NCBI GenBank assembly: GCA_044229145.1
Contig: JBGATO010000055.1
Span: 1-24,857, forward strand
From: Candidatus Eiseniibacteriota bacterium
Lineage (GTDB): Bacteria; Eisenbacteria; RBG-16-71-46; CAZEPH01
Length of the DNA: 24,857 nt
Reading direction: 5' to 3'
This document shows, piece after piece, positions 9,401 to 17,763 of the stretch; position 1 is the stretch's first letter, and every line of letters starts with the position of its first letter. The translations under genes were made by a program, and so were the position numbers. The notes beneath the pieces are model-generated. The model made no database searches. It was not told where the DNA came from and saw only the letters and a list, made by a program, of their open reading frames with translations.

Positions 9401-10163
9401 CCACGGAGCAACTGGCGCTGGCCAAGGTCAGCGCGACACTGCCGAGCGCCGTGTGATCCTCGAACACGCACTGCGCGATGCGGCCGCTCGACGCTTGCAG
9501 ATAGAGCCCGCCGATGTCGCTGCTGAACGGCGGATTGGCGCCATTGCGCGTGAAGCGGCAATTCAGGATGGTGGGCGACGAACCGGTCATGTACGCGCCG
9601 TAGCGCCCGTTCTGTTGGAACACGCAGTCGTTGATCGGCGTGCTGTTCGAACTGTCCGCCTGCAAACCGTAGAACTGCGCGAGCGCGAACGACGAGTGCG
9701 CGATCGGCGGCGCACTCAGGTAGAGATAGAGATTCTCCATCCCGAAGCGGAACGAGGCGCCGCTGATCTGGCTCAGGTCGTCTCGGCTGTCGGGCGTGAA
9801 GTAGACGTAGCCCCAGTCGCCACCCACCGGGTTCTGTGCCGTCGAGGTGAAGTGGACGCTGTCGGCGGGCGCCGTGCCGCCCTCCACACTGAGCGCGCCC
9901 TTGACGATGAGGTCGCAGCGGAACTGATTGCCGTCGAGGTCGTCGTAGATCGACGATCGCGCCTGGAATCGCACCCGGGTCCCGGCCGACAGATGCAGAT
10001 GGCCGGTCGGCGTGACGACGACGTCGCCGACCACCGTCACGGTGTCGGCCCACGTAGTGTCGGAGGCGATCGGGCCGAAGAAGCTGTACTGCGCGGCGCG
10101 GGCGGCCCCGGACCCGGCGCAAACGCCGAGGAACAGCAGCAGGAAGCTCAGCCAACGACGCAT
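6435..10163 (-). CDS. Large secreted right-handed parallel beta-helix repeat protein with T9SS-type-A/FlgD-Ig-like C-terminal domain
   Basis: Signal peptide MRRWLSFLLLFLGVCAGSGAARA. Three copies of a module (G....T.W......GD..V..G..L....GT ... D[LI][IL]V.G.L ... TS....P..GDWG ... N.WGT). PbH1-like repeats such as SPTILNCRFTRN. Tail is LDAFDATGRRLARL..G.HTLTW...LPAGLYWLRL. Confidence 0.85.
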   Translation of the reverse strand: MRRWLSFLLLFLGVCAGSGAARAAQYSFFGPIASDTTWADTVTVVGDVVVTPTGHLHLSAGTRVRFQARSSIYDDLDGNQFRCDLIVKGALSVEGGTAPADSVHFTSTAQNPVGGDWGYVYFTPDSRDDLSQISGASFRFGMENLYLYLSAPPIAHSSFALAQFYGLQADSSNSTPINDCVFQQNGRYGAYMTGSSPTILNCRFTRNGANPPFSSDIGGLYLQASSGRIAQCVFEDHTALGSVALTLASASCSVAQDSFVRNTGVNLFLSGSTSATVDSCTFREGKIGVSAFAGGVVRSCSFSDMFNAAIEVVPGVDDACASKGQYAFPSIGGSLATACTFRRNAINVRDSVECAQSVQARYNDWGTTDFDSILATFRGGVDMSPWTDSTHTQVYQTTQWGLLTTNTHWSGTHVLLGDVLVMPGVTLTLDPGTRIEFSAAKSNWDSLHIQDGRCDLLVQGTLIATGGSAPGDSIVVTSNAVTPAPGDWGGVFIDTHATAIVSGILSEYAINGFLSHGSPAFLNCLARYCSNDGFKIENDGDPTVSACEAHDCYQGLELTVGDNAAGLVSCVVTGSSFHGNALYGVNANSAGVTLLMSGCLIQDNLNNGIVLNGLNATVSDCVVTGNEVFGVEALNPAGVVTFGLPGHPNKVYGNGFAQAKTTSSIGAQLTAQYNWWGTTNEDQIVAGLSYLATNYQVDYAPWSDSTGTTFYASSRYGAVTQDTTWSGTVLLNGDMVVPHGVTLTVQPGTTIKSRTKGSVRDESRGTLAAVDIIVDGTLAVLGSSVSGVTFTSTSASPADGDWGRLIFDDDSDDASVVQYATLRGARGVRCINASPTFMNDSIATVVDTSLVLVGECPRGTGNGIAINTSGSSRVGVALYANTGRLNGWRTTKGGTGVVIRGGAPTLQGISVTNAKTGISCMAGAQPTIVGCAIASNVSASNLLVLMEGAQPHVERTLLQTTVADGVSANGVVVRNAGTRPDLGGGPRGSAGQNAFKGFDGVTRFAIVDSAATGDTTWVMSNFWGTARADSIDAFIRDANDDPALGLVAYQPPILEDPTPSPLWSMALTAAPRGGPVTLAWTGAPHAAVRVWRADGEGVAGWPSGFAALGTATTDAQGAGHFDDATAAPGTVYTYVLTALGDDGAVLASFLASVPGLDWALETAAWERGTTPHTVRFTLPVAATVTLDAFDATGRRLARLLQGPRAAGVHTLTWTTAGLPAGLYWLRLDAAGTTRTARTLIVR

Positions 10164-10406
10164 GCGCACAGTCTCGAGCTAGTCGCGCGAACGGCGGAGG
10201 GGCGGCGTGGCGAGGGAGGCAGAAGGCACGGAGGCGAAAGGCAGCACGCACGCAGCCGCCCGGAGGACGACACGCGGGGACGGCTCAAACGCCTGTGGCG
10301 AGGCCACAGCGGGGTCGGCTACCATAACGACATCTACGCTACCAGATCGCCATATGCGCGTCCACGTCGAACCCCTCTGACGATCCCGCCTCCGCCCGTT
10401 CCTGCC

Positions 10407-11366
10407 GTGCCTGCCGGCATCGCGGGCCGCCTGTCGTTGTGCCTCGGCGGTGCGATGGCCGTGTGGCTCAGCCTCGCGCTCGCGGGCTGCACCCCGGCCG
10501 GTACCGTGGCCCCTGCCGACCCGCGCCATGCTCCGCCGGTCGCGGTGGACCGCTTCAGCGACGCCTTCGCGCACGTCTTCCGCCGCTCCGCCGACAACAC
10601 GCTGCCGGCGCCCAATCAGCCGATCGATTTCGACGCCCCGCGCTTCCGCCTGGAGGGGTTCGCGCCCAACGGGAAGATCGCCTGGTGCTACCGGTTCGAC
10701 CTTGCTTCGCGGCGGCCGGGCCTCGTGTATCTGCCGTACCGGCGCGGCGAGAGCTTTCCCGTTTCCGGGCAGCTACCGATCGTCGACGACTTGCCGGGAG
10801 ATCCCGGCTACAACGACATCCGCCGGGCGGTGCGCGTCGAGGTGCCATCCGGCTACGTCGCCAACTTGTTCACCTCGCTCGACGATGTCCGGCGCGCTGG
10901 GGCGCCGCTCGACACCACGGCCGACCTCTACAACATGCCGCTGGTGCCCGCGGGATCGACCGCGCGGTTCCGCATGGACGGCAGCACGGCACCGGCCGCG
11001 CAACTGGCGTGGTATCGCGGCGGCGCGGTGTCCTTCCTCCTCTTCGAGGAACCGCAGTCGCGCCCGGTGGCGCTCGACGCCGCGGGTCTGATCGATACCT
11101 GCACGAGCTACGTATGCTTCACCGGGGACGATCCAGCGCGCGGCTTCATGTACGAGGAAAACGGTCTGCGCTCGCACACCGTGCATGCGACGGCGCCGGG
11201 GCAAGGACGCTACACGCCGCTCTCCCACGCCGTGGCGTATCCGTCGTCGATGTTCTGGTTCGTCGGCAATCGCGAGACCGCGCTCGCGGCACGGCTCGGC
11301 GCGCCGGCACCCGTCGAGGAGAATTGCCCGATCGTCCGCGTGTTCGGGCTCGCGACCGGCAACTAG
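10407..11366 (+). CDS. Putative lipoprotein of unknown function with two imperfect internal repeats
   Basis: 3' part of ORF 8925-11366. Hydrophobic stretch followed by lipobox LAGC; start is GTG 10407 or ATG 10455. Repeats are DLPGDPGYND...YNMPLV and TAPGQGRYTP...ENCPIV. Confidence 0.7.
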   Translation: MPAGIAGRLSLCLGGAMAVWLSLALAGCTPAGTVAPADPRHAPPVAVDRFSDAFAHVFRRSADNTLPAPNQPIDFDAPRFRLEGFAPNGKIAWCYRFDLASRRPGLVYLPYRRGESFPVSGQLPIVDDLPGDPGYNDIRRAVRVEVPSGYVANLFTSLDDVRRAGAPLDTTADLYNMPLVPAGSTARFRMDGSTAPAAQLAWYRGGAVSFLLFEEPQSRPVALDAAGLIDTCTSYVCFTGDDPARGFMYEENGLRSHTVHATAPGQGRYTPLSHAVAYPSSMFWFVGNRETALAARLGAPAPVEENCPIVRVFGLATGN

Positions 11367-11893
11367 GGCGCAGAGGCGCTCGCCGCGACGGCGAGCAGGT
11401 GCACGTCGAAGATGAGCGTGGAGTTGGGCGGAATGACGCCGCCAGCACCGCGTGAGCCATACCCCAGCGCGGGTGGGATGAGCAATCGCCGGGTCCCGCC
11501 GGCCTGCATCCCCACCACGCCTTCTTCCCAGCCGGCGATCACCGAACCGATGCCGAGCGTGAAGGTGAAGGGCGTCCCGCGATCGACCGAGCTGTCGAAC
11601 TTGGTGCCATCCTCGAGCCAGCCGGTGTAGTGGACGGTCACCGCGCGGCCGGCGACGGCGGTCGCACCCGTCCCGACCACGAAGTCTTGGTATGTCAGCC
11701 CACTGCTGGTGGTGACCGGCGCCTGCGCGGACGCTGGAGGATCCGGAATGCCATCGCCGGGCGCCGTGAGCGCGTCGCCGCCACAGCCGGCGAACGCGAT
11801 TGCTGTGACCACCGCCATCCCACAGACGAAGCGCCGCCCGCGCCGAAGCGCGGACGACGCCACCTGCTGCCTCGCGAACCGTGTCGCGGTCAT
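11363..11893 (-). CDS. FKBP-type peptidyl-prolyl cis-trans isomerase, lipoprotein
   Basis: [26 protein letters not shown] and IPP.LGYG...IPPNSTLIFDVHLL; lipobox FAGC. Start codon uncertain. Confidence 0.92.
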   Translation of the reverse strand: MTATRFARQQVASSALRRGRRFVCGMAVVTAIAFAGCGGDALTAPGDGIPDPPASAQAPVTTSSGLTYQDFVVGTGATAVAGRAVTVHYTGWLEDGTKFDSSVDRGTPFTFTLGIGSVIAGWEEGVVGMQAGGTRRLLIPPALGYGSRGAGGVIPPNSTLIFDVHLLAVAASASAP

Positions 11894-11904
11894 GCGCGGC
11901 TCGC

Positions 11905-12228
11905 CTACTCGATGTCGAGCAGGTCGACCTCGAACACCAGCGTGCTGTTCGGCGGAATCGGGCCGATGCCGCGCGCGCCGTAGCCCATGTCCGGCGGGAT
12001 CGTCAGCTTGCGCTTGCCGCCCACCTTCATGCCGGCGACGCCCTGGTCCCAGCCCTTGATGACCTGCCCCTGCCCGAGGTCGAACGCGAAGGGCTGGTTG
12101 CGGTCGTGCGAGCTGTCGAACTTGGTGCCGTTGGTCAGCCAGCCGGTGTAGTGGACGACCACGGTCTGGCCGGCCGACGCGGTCGCGCCCTCGCCCACCA
12201 CCAGGTCTTCGGTCTGCAGATCTGCCAC
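11905..12228 (-). CDS. FKBP-type peptidyl-prolyl cis-trans isomerase, cytoplasmic (FKBP12-like, about 107 aa)
   Basis: AAGGAG RBS (12235-12240) precedes GTG 12228. Motifs [24 protein letters not shown] and [14 protein letters not shown]. No signal peptide. Confidence 0.93.
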   Translation of the reverse strand: MADLQTEDLVVGEGATASAGQTVVVHYTGWLTNGTKFDSSHDRNQPFAFDLGQGQVIKGWDQGVAGMKVGGKRKLTIPPDMGYGARGIGPIPPNSTLVFEVDLLDIE

Positions 12229-12245
12229 GGAAATCTCCTTACGGG

Positions 12246-12761
12246 TTAGGGCGAAACGGCCAACAGCTCGACGTCGAACACCAACGTGGCGTTCGGCGGG
12301 ATCACGCCGCCGGCGCCGTTGGCGCCGTAGCCGAGCGCCGCCGGGATGGTCAGACGGCGTTGGCCGCCAACCTTCATCGACATGACGCCTTCGTCCCATC
12401 CGCGGATCACCTGGCCCTGGCCGATGGTGAAGCCGAACGGCTGGCCGCGGTCACGCGAGCTGTCGAACTTGGTGCCGTTGGTCAGCCAGCCGGTGTAGTG
12501 CACGGTCACCATCTTGCCGGGCGACGGCTGCGCGCCGGTGCCGACCACGAAGTCCTGGTACGTGAGGCCGCTCGCAGTGGTGACGGGCGCCTGAGCGCCA
12601 GCTGGCACCGCCGGGATGCCGGCCGTGGCGGGTGCCGGAGCCGGCTGCGCCGGCGGCGTGCTGGTGGTCTGCGTGGACTTCGGGCTGCTGTTGGTGTGCG
12701 CGCAGCCGGCGGCGCTCAGAACGAGCAGCGCGGCCGCGGCGAGCGCGACGTGAGTCTTCAT
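12246..12761 (-). CDS. FKBP-type peptidyl-prolyl cis-trans isomerase, lipoprotein
   Basis: GGAGG RBS; lipobox AAGC; Pro/Thr/Ala linker; motifs [24 protein letters not shown] and [14 protein letters not shown]. Confidence 0.93.
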   Translation of the reverse strand: MKTHVALAAAALLVLSAAGCAHTNSSPKSTQTTSTPPAQPAPAPATAGIPAVPAGAQAPVTTASGLTYQDFVVGTGAQPSPGKMVTVHYTGWLTNGTKFDSSRDRGQPFGFTIGQGQVIRGWDEGVMSMKVGGQRRLTIPAALGYGANGAGGVIPPNATLVFDVELLAVSP

Positions 12762-12833
12762 CGACGGTCATCCTCCCTGCGAGTGATGCAACGACCTGGG
12801 AGGGTACCCGGGCGGCCCGGGCGGCGGCCACGC

Positions 12834-12876
12834 AAAAAGCACGGGGCTGGCCCCCTGACGGTGACCAGCCCCGTGC
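12834..12876 (-). terminator. Rho-independent terminator downstream of the choice-of-anchor B gene
   Basis: 12-bp inverted repeat GCACGGGGCTGG/CCAGCCCCGTGC followed on the minus strand by TTTTT (AAAAA at 12834-12838). Confidence 0.75.
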
Positions 12877-12894
12877 GTGGTGCGGTGGGGAGTT

Positions 12895-15315
12895 TCAGTC
12901 GAGGCGAATCCAGCGGCCGGTGCGCACGGCACCCGGCACACTGAGCCGCAATTCGTACACGCCGGCGGCAGCCGTCCGACCGGCCGCGTCACGCCCATCC
13001 CAGCTCAGCGTGTGCTGTCCGGCGGCGTACGTCTGCACGCCGAACGAGTGCACGAGCCGGCCCGCCATGTCGTAGACCTGCGCCGCGACCGGTGCACGCG
13101 ACACCAGGCGGAAGCGCGCCACCGACGCGGCGCCGCGCGGCGCCAGGGCCGCCACGCTGACCGTGAACCCGGCATCCCGCCGCGATTCCGGATCGCCCAC
13201 CGCGGTGGCGAACGCCGCCGGGTAGAACTCCACGTCGTCGACCGCCGCCTCCACCACGTCGCCGGTTCCGAGGTCGGCGGCGATGAAGCGGGCGCGCATG
13301 GTCGCGGTGGGAGTCAGATAGTCGAGCACGCGCACTTGCGCCCGCCGCCACGCGCTGGCCGACGCCGTGAGCGACTGCACGCGCTTCCAGGTCGTCCCGT
13401 TGTCGTTCGACAGGTCCACGGTGAGAGTGTCGGGCACCGAACCGTTCATCTGGTCGAAGTACCACTGCCACCACACCAGCACCGGGTCGGTCACCGCGCT
13501 CATGTCGAGCGTCGGGGACAGCAGCGTGGTGCGGCCGTTGTCGATGTCGGCATTGCCGATCGACCCGCCGACCGGACCGTTGGCGGTGACGAAGCAGATC
13601 GAATCGCTCGGCGCGGAGCCGTGGTCGTCTTCGGTCTGCGCGCGCGCCGATGCGGGGCCGCTGCCCACCGGATTGGCGCGGATCCACTTGCCGGCAGTCG
13701 CGTTGTCGGTGACCACCCCGAGCGTCCAGCCGCGGTTGGTCTCGGCGTTGTCGAACCAGCTCGCGGCGCTCAGCGTGAAGTCGCGCGTGGCGGTGCCGTT
13801 GGCGGTGACCGAGAGATACGACGACGCGGGCGCGTAGCCCGGCAACTCGGCGGTCACCGAGTACGAGCCCATCGGCACCTTCGGGATGCTGTAGGCACCG
13901 CTGCCGTCGGTGGTCGTGGACAGCGTGCTGTTGGTGAGGGAGACCGTCGCATACGGCAGCACCGCATTGTCGCTCGCGCGCCGCACCACGCCGCTCAGCA
14001 CCACCGACGGCAGCGGCGTCAGCGAGAAATCCTGGACCGTGTTGACGCCGTCTTGCACCGCGACCTGAACGGTGGCCGGGTAGTAGCCGAACACGCTCAC
14101 CGTCAGCGTGAAGGTGCCGGAATACGTCGGCGAGAAGCCGTACTTGCCGCTCGGATAAGTGGCGTAGGACTTGGCGAGTTCGGTCACGTACACCGACACG
14201 CCCGGCAGCACCGCGTTGGTGGACGCGTCGCGCACCGTGCCGCGCACCGTGCCGTAGGCGAGCGTCGCCTTCGCGGTGTAGAGACCGTTCTCGATGTCGT
14301 TGCACATGATGGTGCCGCTCGGCAGCGAGGCATCCGCTTCCCACACGCCGTGGAACGACGGTCCGTTGAAGGTGCTGGTGTCGAGGAACCCGACCTCGAC
14401 CGGCACCTCCGGATCGTGGATGTCGAAGATGCGGTAGCCGGCCGTGTAGTAGGCGACGTAGAGCGTGTCGTCCTTGCCGTGCACGTTGTGGACGATGTCG
14501 TTCGGGAGGCCGCCGTACTGGCCGAGGAACTTCGGGCTGGCGAGGTTCGAGATGTCGTAGAACGACAGCTGCCCGGCCGGGCTCGACGTTTCGTCGGTGC
14601 AGTAGACGTAGTGCGAGTCCGGCGTCACCCACGAGTTGTGCGTGAAGGCGCCCGGCGTTTGCCAGGCGGCGAGCTGCGTGAAGGTGCCCGGGTTCTTCAC
14701 GTCGAGCACGACTTCGAGACCGTCGTAGATACACGAAGCGTAAAGGCGGGTGCCCCGCGCGAAGCTGTCGTGCACGTAGTAGGACGTCCAAGTGGCGAGC
14801 TCGACCGGCGCTTCGGGGTTGGCCAGCGAGAGCTGGTGCATGCCGTTGACGCCGGTGCCGTTGGCGTACAGCAGCGCCCGCGTGGTGTCGACGGTGACGC
14901 TGTGCGCGGTGGTGAACGTCGCCGTGTAGGTGCTCGCCAGCACCGGGTGCTCGGGGTCGGTCATGCGCACGATCTGCAAGCCGCGTCCCGCGCCGCTGCC
15001 CTCGCTCACGATGTAGAGCCAGTTGCGGTACTGCTTCATCTCGCGCCATTGGGAGGTCGGGCCGGGAATCGTGCCGACCAAAGCGGGCGCGCTCGGGTTG
15101 GTGACGTTGTAGATCGCCGTGCCGGTGGATTCGCCGAGCGCCACGTACTCGCGACCGTCGGAGTGCAGATAGCTGCAGCCGGCCGAGTTCCACGTCGTGT
15201 GGCCGAAGTAATTGACGTTGGCGAGGGCGGTGACGTTCCGGCTCGTCTGCGCCGACGCCGTGGCGGCGGCACAGAGGGCAAGGACGACGAATGCCGCACC
15301 GAGCGTGCGCGACAT
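12895..15315 (-). CDS. Choice-of-anchor B family / LVIVD-repeat secreted protein with two carboxypeptidase-regulatory-like domains and a FlgD-Ig/T9SS-like C-terminal domain
   Basis: GGAGG RBS; signal peptide ending ASA. Motifs WREMKQYRNWLYIVSEG, YVHD, THNSWVTPDSHYVYCTDE, VHN and YYTAGYRIFDI. Two [VL].G.VR.AS.NAVLP...V units. Tail VYDMAGRLV...WDGRDAAGR...GVYELRL. Confidence 0.85.
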   Translation of the reverse strand: MSRTLGAAFVVLALCAAATASAQTSRNVTALANVNYFGHTTWNSAGCSYLHSDGREYVALGESTGTAIYNVTNPSAPALVGTIPGPTSQWREMKQYRNWLYIVSEGSGAGRGLQIVRMTDPEHPVLASTYTATFTTAHSVTVDTTRALLYANGTGVNGMHQLSLANPEAPVELATWTSYYVHDSFARGTRLYASCIYDGLEVVLDVKNPGTFTQLAAWQTPGAFTHNSWVTPDSHYVYCTDETSSPAGQLSFYDISNLASPKFLGQYGGLPNDIVHNVHGKDDTLYVAYYTAGYRIFDIHDPEVPVEVGFLDTSTFNGPSFHGVWEADASLPSGTIMCNDIENGLYTAKATLAYGTVRGTVRDASTNAVLPGVSVYVTELAKSYATYPSGKYGFSPTYSGTFTLTVSVFGYYPATVQVAVQDGVNTVQDFSLTPLPSVVLSGVVRRASDNAVLPYATVSLTNSTLSTTTDGSGAYSIPKVPMGSYSVTAELPGYAPASSYLSVTANGTATRDFTLSAASWFDNAETNRGWTLGVVTDNATAGKWIRANPVGSGPASARAQTEDDHGSAPSDSICFVTANGPVGGSIGNADIDNGRTTLLSPTLDMSAVTDPVLVWWQWYFDQMNGSVPDTLTVDLSNDNGTTWKRVQSLTASASAWRRAQVRVLDYLTPTATMRARFIAADLGTGDVVEAAVDDVEFYPAAFATAVGDPESRRDAGFTVSVAALAPRGAASVARFRLVSRAPVAAQVYDMAGRLVHSFGVQTYAAGQHTLSWDGRDAAGRTAAAGVYELRLSVPGAVRTGRWIRLD

Positions 15316-15426
15316 GGACGAGACCTCCGACGGGTGCGTGGGGCAGAGCGCAAAGCGTGGGTGGGGCCACGCGGAGCAAGGCGTGCGGGGAGCGCGCGGG
15401 TCAGCCGAGTGTAGCCGAAAGTCGCC

Positions 15427-17763
15427 CTAGGTGTCGATGGCGGCGGGTGCCGCGGCGCGCTGGATCGTCACCTCGGTGTTGTAGTCCGGCTCGAAGCTGA
15501 CCGGGTCGAGGGCCTCCGAGAGCAGCACGTTGGCCTCGGGCCAGAACGCCTGGATGGTGCGGGGCCGGCCGCCGCCCGGCTGGACGGTGGCGCGCAGGCT
15601 GCCGTGCGGCGAGCGCAATTCGACCGCGTCGCCAGGGCGCAGGCCTTCGCGGGCGAGGTCGTCGGGGTGCAGCAGCACGGTGGTGCGCGACGGCGCGCCG
15701 GTGAGCGGATCGCCGGCGCCGAAGGTGATGGTGTTGAACTGCTTGCCGCGCCGCGTGAGCAGCGCGTAGTGCCCCGCAGCCAACTCGCGGCCCGGCAATG
15801 CGACCGGCGTGAACCGCGCGCGACCGCCCGGCAGCTTGTCGAACTGCCCGCCTTCGCAGAGCAGCTGCCCGCCCCACTGGACGTGTTCGCCGGCGGCGCG
15901 CAGGCCGGCGATCCCGCGGTACATCGGGGCGGTCCGTTCCATCTCGGCGCGCACCGCCTCGCCTGTCGAGAGCGGCCGCCAGGTGCGCGCGAATCCGCGC
16001 CGCGTCATCTCCTGGCCGAGATCATCGAAGATCTTCCACTCGGCCCGCGCCTCGCCGCGTTGCGGCGCGCCGGGGATCTGCGGGCTGAAGCGGATGCGCC
16101 GCTCGGTGTTGGTCGACGTGCCGCCGCCGTCTTGCTCGTAGCGCGTCTTCGCCGGGAGCACGAGTACCGTCCCGCCGCCGTCGAGCAGCGCCGACGTGTT
16201 GAGGACGATGTCCTGGTGGACACGCAGCGGCACCCGCGCGAACGCCGCCGCGACGCTGGCCGGATCCGGCATCGTCTCGTACAAATTGCCGCCGATCGAA
16301 TAGAGCAGGTCGATGCCGCCGGCGCGCGCCTCGTGCAGCATCCGCGCGGTGTGGTGGCCGGGGCCGTCGGGGACATCGTAGCCCCACACCTCGCGCAGCT
16401 CGGCGCGCACCTCGGGCGTCAGCGCGCGGGCGCCCGGGCCCTTCACCGGATCGAGACCCGACTCCGGGCCGCCCTGCACGCCGCTGTGGCCGCGGATCGG
16501 CGCGATGCCGGCGCGCGGCCGGCCGATCATCCCGCGCGCCAGCACCAGATTCACCAGCGCGCAGACGTTCTGGACGCCGTGCGCGTACTGCGTGAGCCCC
16601 ATCGAGTACACGAAGATCGCGGTGCGCGCCGCGGCGTACTGCGCGGCGAAGCGCTCGATCTCGGCGCGCGGTAGTCCGGCTTCCTGTTCGATGCGCGGCC
16701 ACGGCGTCGCCTCCGCCATCGCCATCGCCTCATCGAAGCCGTCGGTGTGCGCGGCGACGAACGCCTCATCGATGCCGCCCGGCCGCGCCCGCAACGCCTT
16801 GAGCACGCCGGTGGCGAACGCGATGTCGCCGGCCGGCTTCACGGCGAAGAAGTCGTCGAGCAATCGCGTGCCGAAGATCGCGCTGTGCGTGATCGACGGG
16901 ACCCAATAGCGCACCAGCCCTTCCTCGAGATACGGATTGATGACGACGATGCGCGAGCCGGCCTTCTTCGCGTAGTGCAGGTACTTCGTCATCACCGGCT
17001 GGTTGTTGGCGACGTTGGCGCCCCACAGCACGATGAGTTCGCTGCCCAGCAGATCGCGCAACGACACGGTGGCCGCGCCGACGCCGATGGTCTGCGTGAG
17101 GCCGGTGGTGCTCGCCGCGTGACAGAGCCGCGCGCAGGTGTCCATGTGCGGGCTGCCGGCGTAGCGCATCCAGCGCTGCGCCATGTAGTACGTCTCGTTG
17201 GTGGTGCCGCGGCTGGTGCTGAACAGCGCGATACGATCCGGGTCGGTGGCCATCGCGCGCTGGGCAATGATGCCGAGCGCTTCGTCCCAGGTGATGCGGC
17301 GGAAGCCGCGGTCGCCACGATCACGGCGCAGCGGGTACGGTACGCGGCCGAGATGGTGCAGGCCTTCGTTGCCGAGCGCGCGCAGCCGCGCGACGTCTTC
17401 CCACGCGCCGTCGGGCATGGTGTCCATGGTGTTCAGGCGAAGTAGTTTGAGGCGCGTGAGACACAAGTGGACGCCGGGGATGACGTCGTCCTCGAGGCCG
17501 CGCGGCCCGAGCGCGCAGCCATCGCAGACGCCCTGCGTCAGGATGCGCCACGCGTACGGCAACTGGCGGCGGTTCTCCCACACCACGCGCCCCATCTCGC
17601 GGAAGGTGCGCGGCTTCGCGCGTGTCAGCACACCTTGCGGCGAATGCTCGGCGATCCAGTGCCAGGCGCGCTGCCACACCGAGGCGCCGTGCGGCGCGCG
17701 GTCCGGGCGGCGCAGGCGCGGGACGTCGACACCGCAACTCTCCGCTGTCACGCGATCGTTCAC
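15427..17763 (-). CDS. FdhF/YdeP family molybdopterin oxidoreductase (formate dehydrogenase-like, Cys ligand)
   Basis: GVCDGCALG, SRGTTNETYY, TCARLCHAAS, SMGLTQ, PIRGHSGVQG, GGTSTNTERRIRFSP and a C-terminal TRRGKQFN...EPDYN dinucleotide-binding domain. GTG start overlaps the fdhD stop (GTGA). Confidence 0.92.
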   Translation of the reverse strand: MNDRVTAESCGVDVPRLRRPDRAPHGASVWQRAWHWIAEHSPQGVLTRAKPRTFREMGRVVWENRRQLPYAWRILTQGVCDGCALGPRGLEDDVIPGVHLCLTRLKLLRLNTMDTMPDGAWEDVARLRALGNEGLHHLGRVPYPLRRDRGDRGFRRITWDEALGIIAQRAMATDPDRIALFSTSRGTTNETYYMAQRWMRYAGSPHMDTCARLCHAASTTGLTQTIGVGAATVSLRDLLGSELIVLWGANVANNQPVMTKYLHYAKKAGSRIVVINPYLEEGLVRYWVPSITHSAIFGTRLLDDFFAVKPAGDIAFATGVLKALRARPGGIDEAFVAAHTDGFDEAMAMAEATPWPRIEQEAGLPRAEIERFAAQYAAARTAIFVYSMGLTQYAHGVQNVCALVNLVLARGMIGRPRAGIAPIRGHSGVQGGPESGLDPVKGPGARALTPEVRAELREVWGYDVPDGPGHHTARMLHEARAGGIDLLYSIGGNLYETMPDPASVAAAFARVPLRVHQDIVLNTSALLDGGGTVLVLPAKTRYEQDGGGTSTNTERRIRFSPQIPGAPQRGEARAEWKIFDDLGQEMTRRGFARTWRPLSTGEAVRAEMERTAPMYRGIAGLRAAGEHVQWGGQLLCEGGQFDKLPGGRARFTPVALPGRELAAGHYALLTRRGKQFNTITFGAGDPLTGAPSRTTVLLHPDDLAREGLRPGDAVELRSPHGSLRATVQPGGGRPRTIQAFWPEANVLLSEALDPVSFEPDYNTEVTIQRAAAPAAIDT

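Noticed and set aside
12877..15414. Long antisense or alternative-frame ORFs (e.g. 12877-15414 +, 12989-15379 -, 20336-21733 -, 21764-23515 +, 4824-6164 +)
   Set aside because: They are Arg/Ala/Gly-rich shadows of well-supported genes, expected from high GC3 codon bias, and contain no recognisable motifs.
17119..17136. Selenocysteine in the formate dehydrogenase-like gene
   Set aside because: The active-site region is TGC GCG CGG CTC TGT CAC (CARLCH), with no in-frame UGA.
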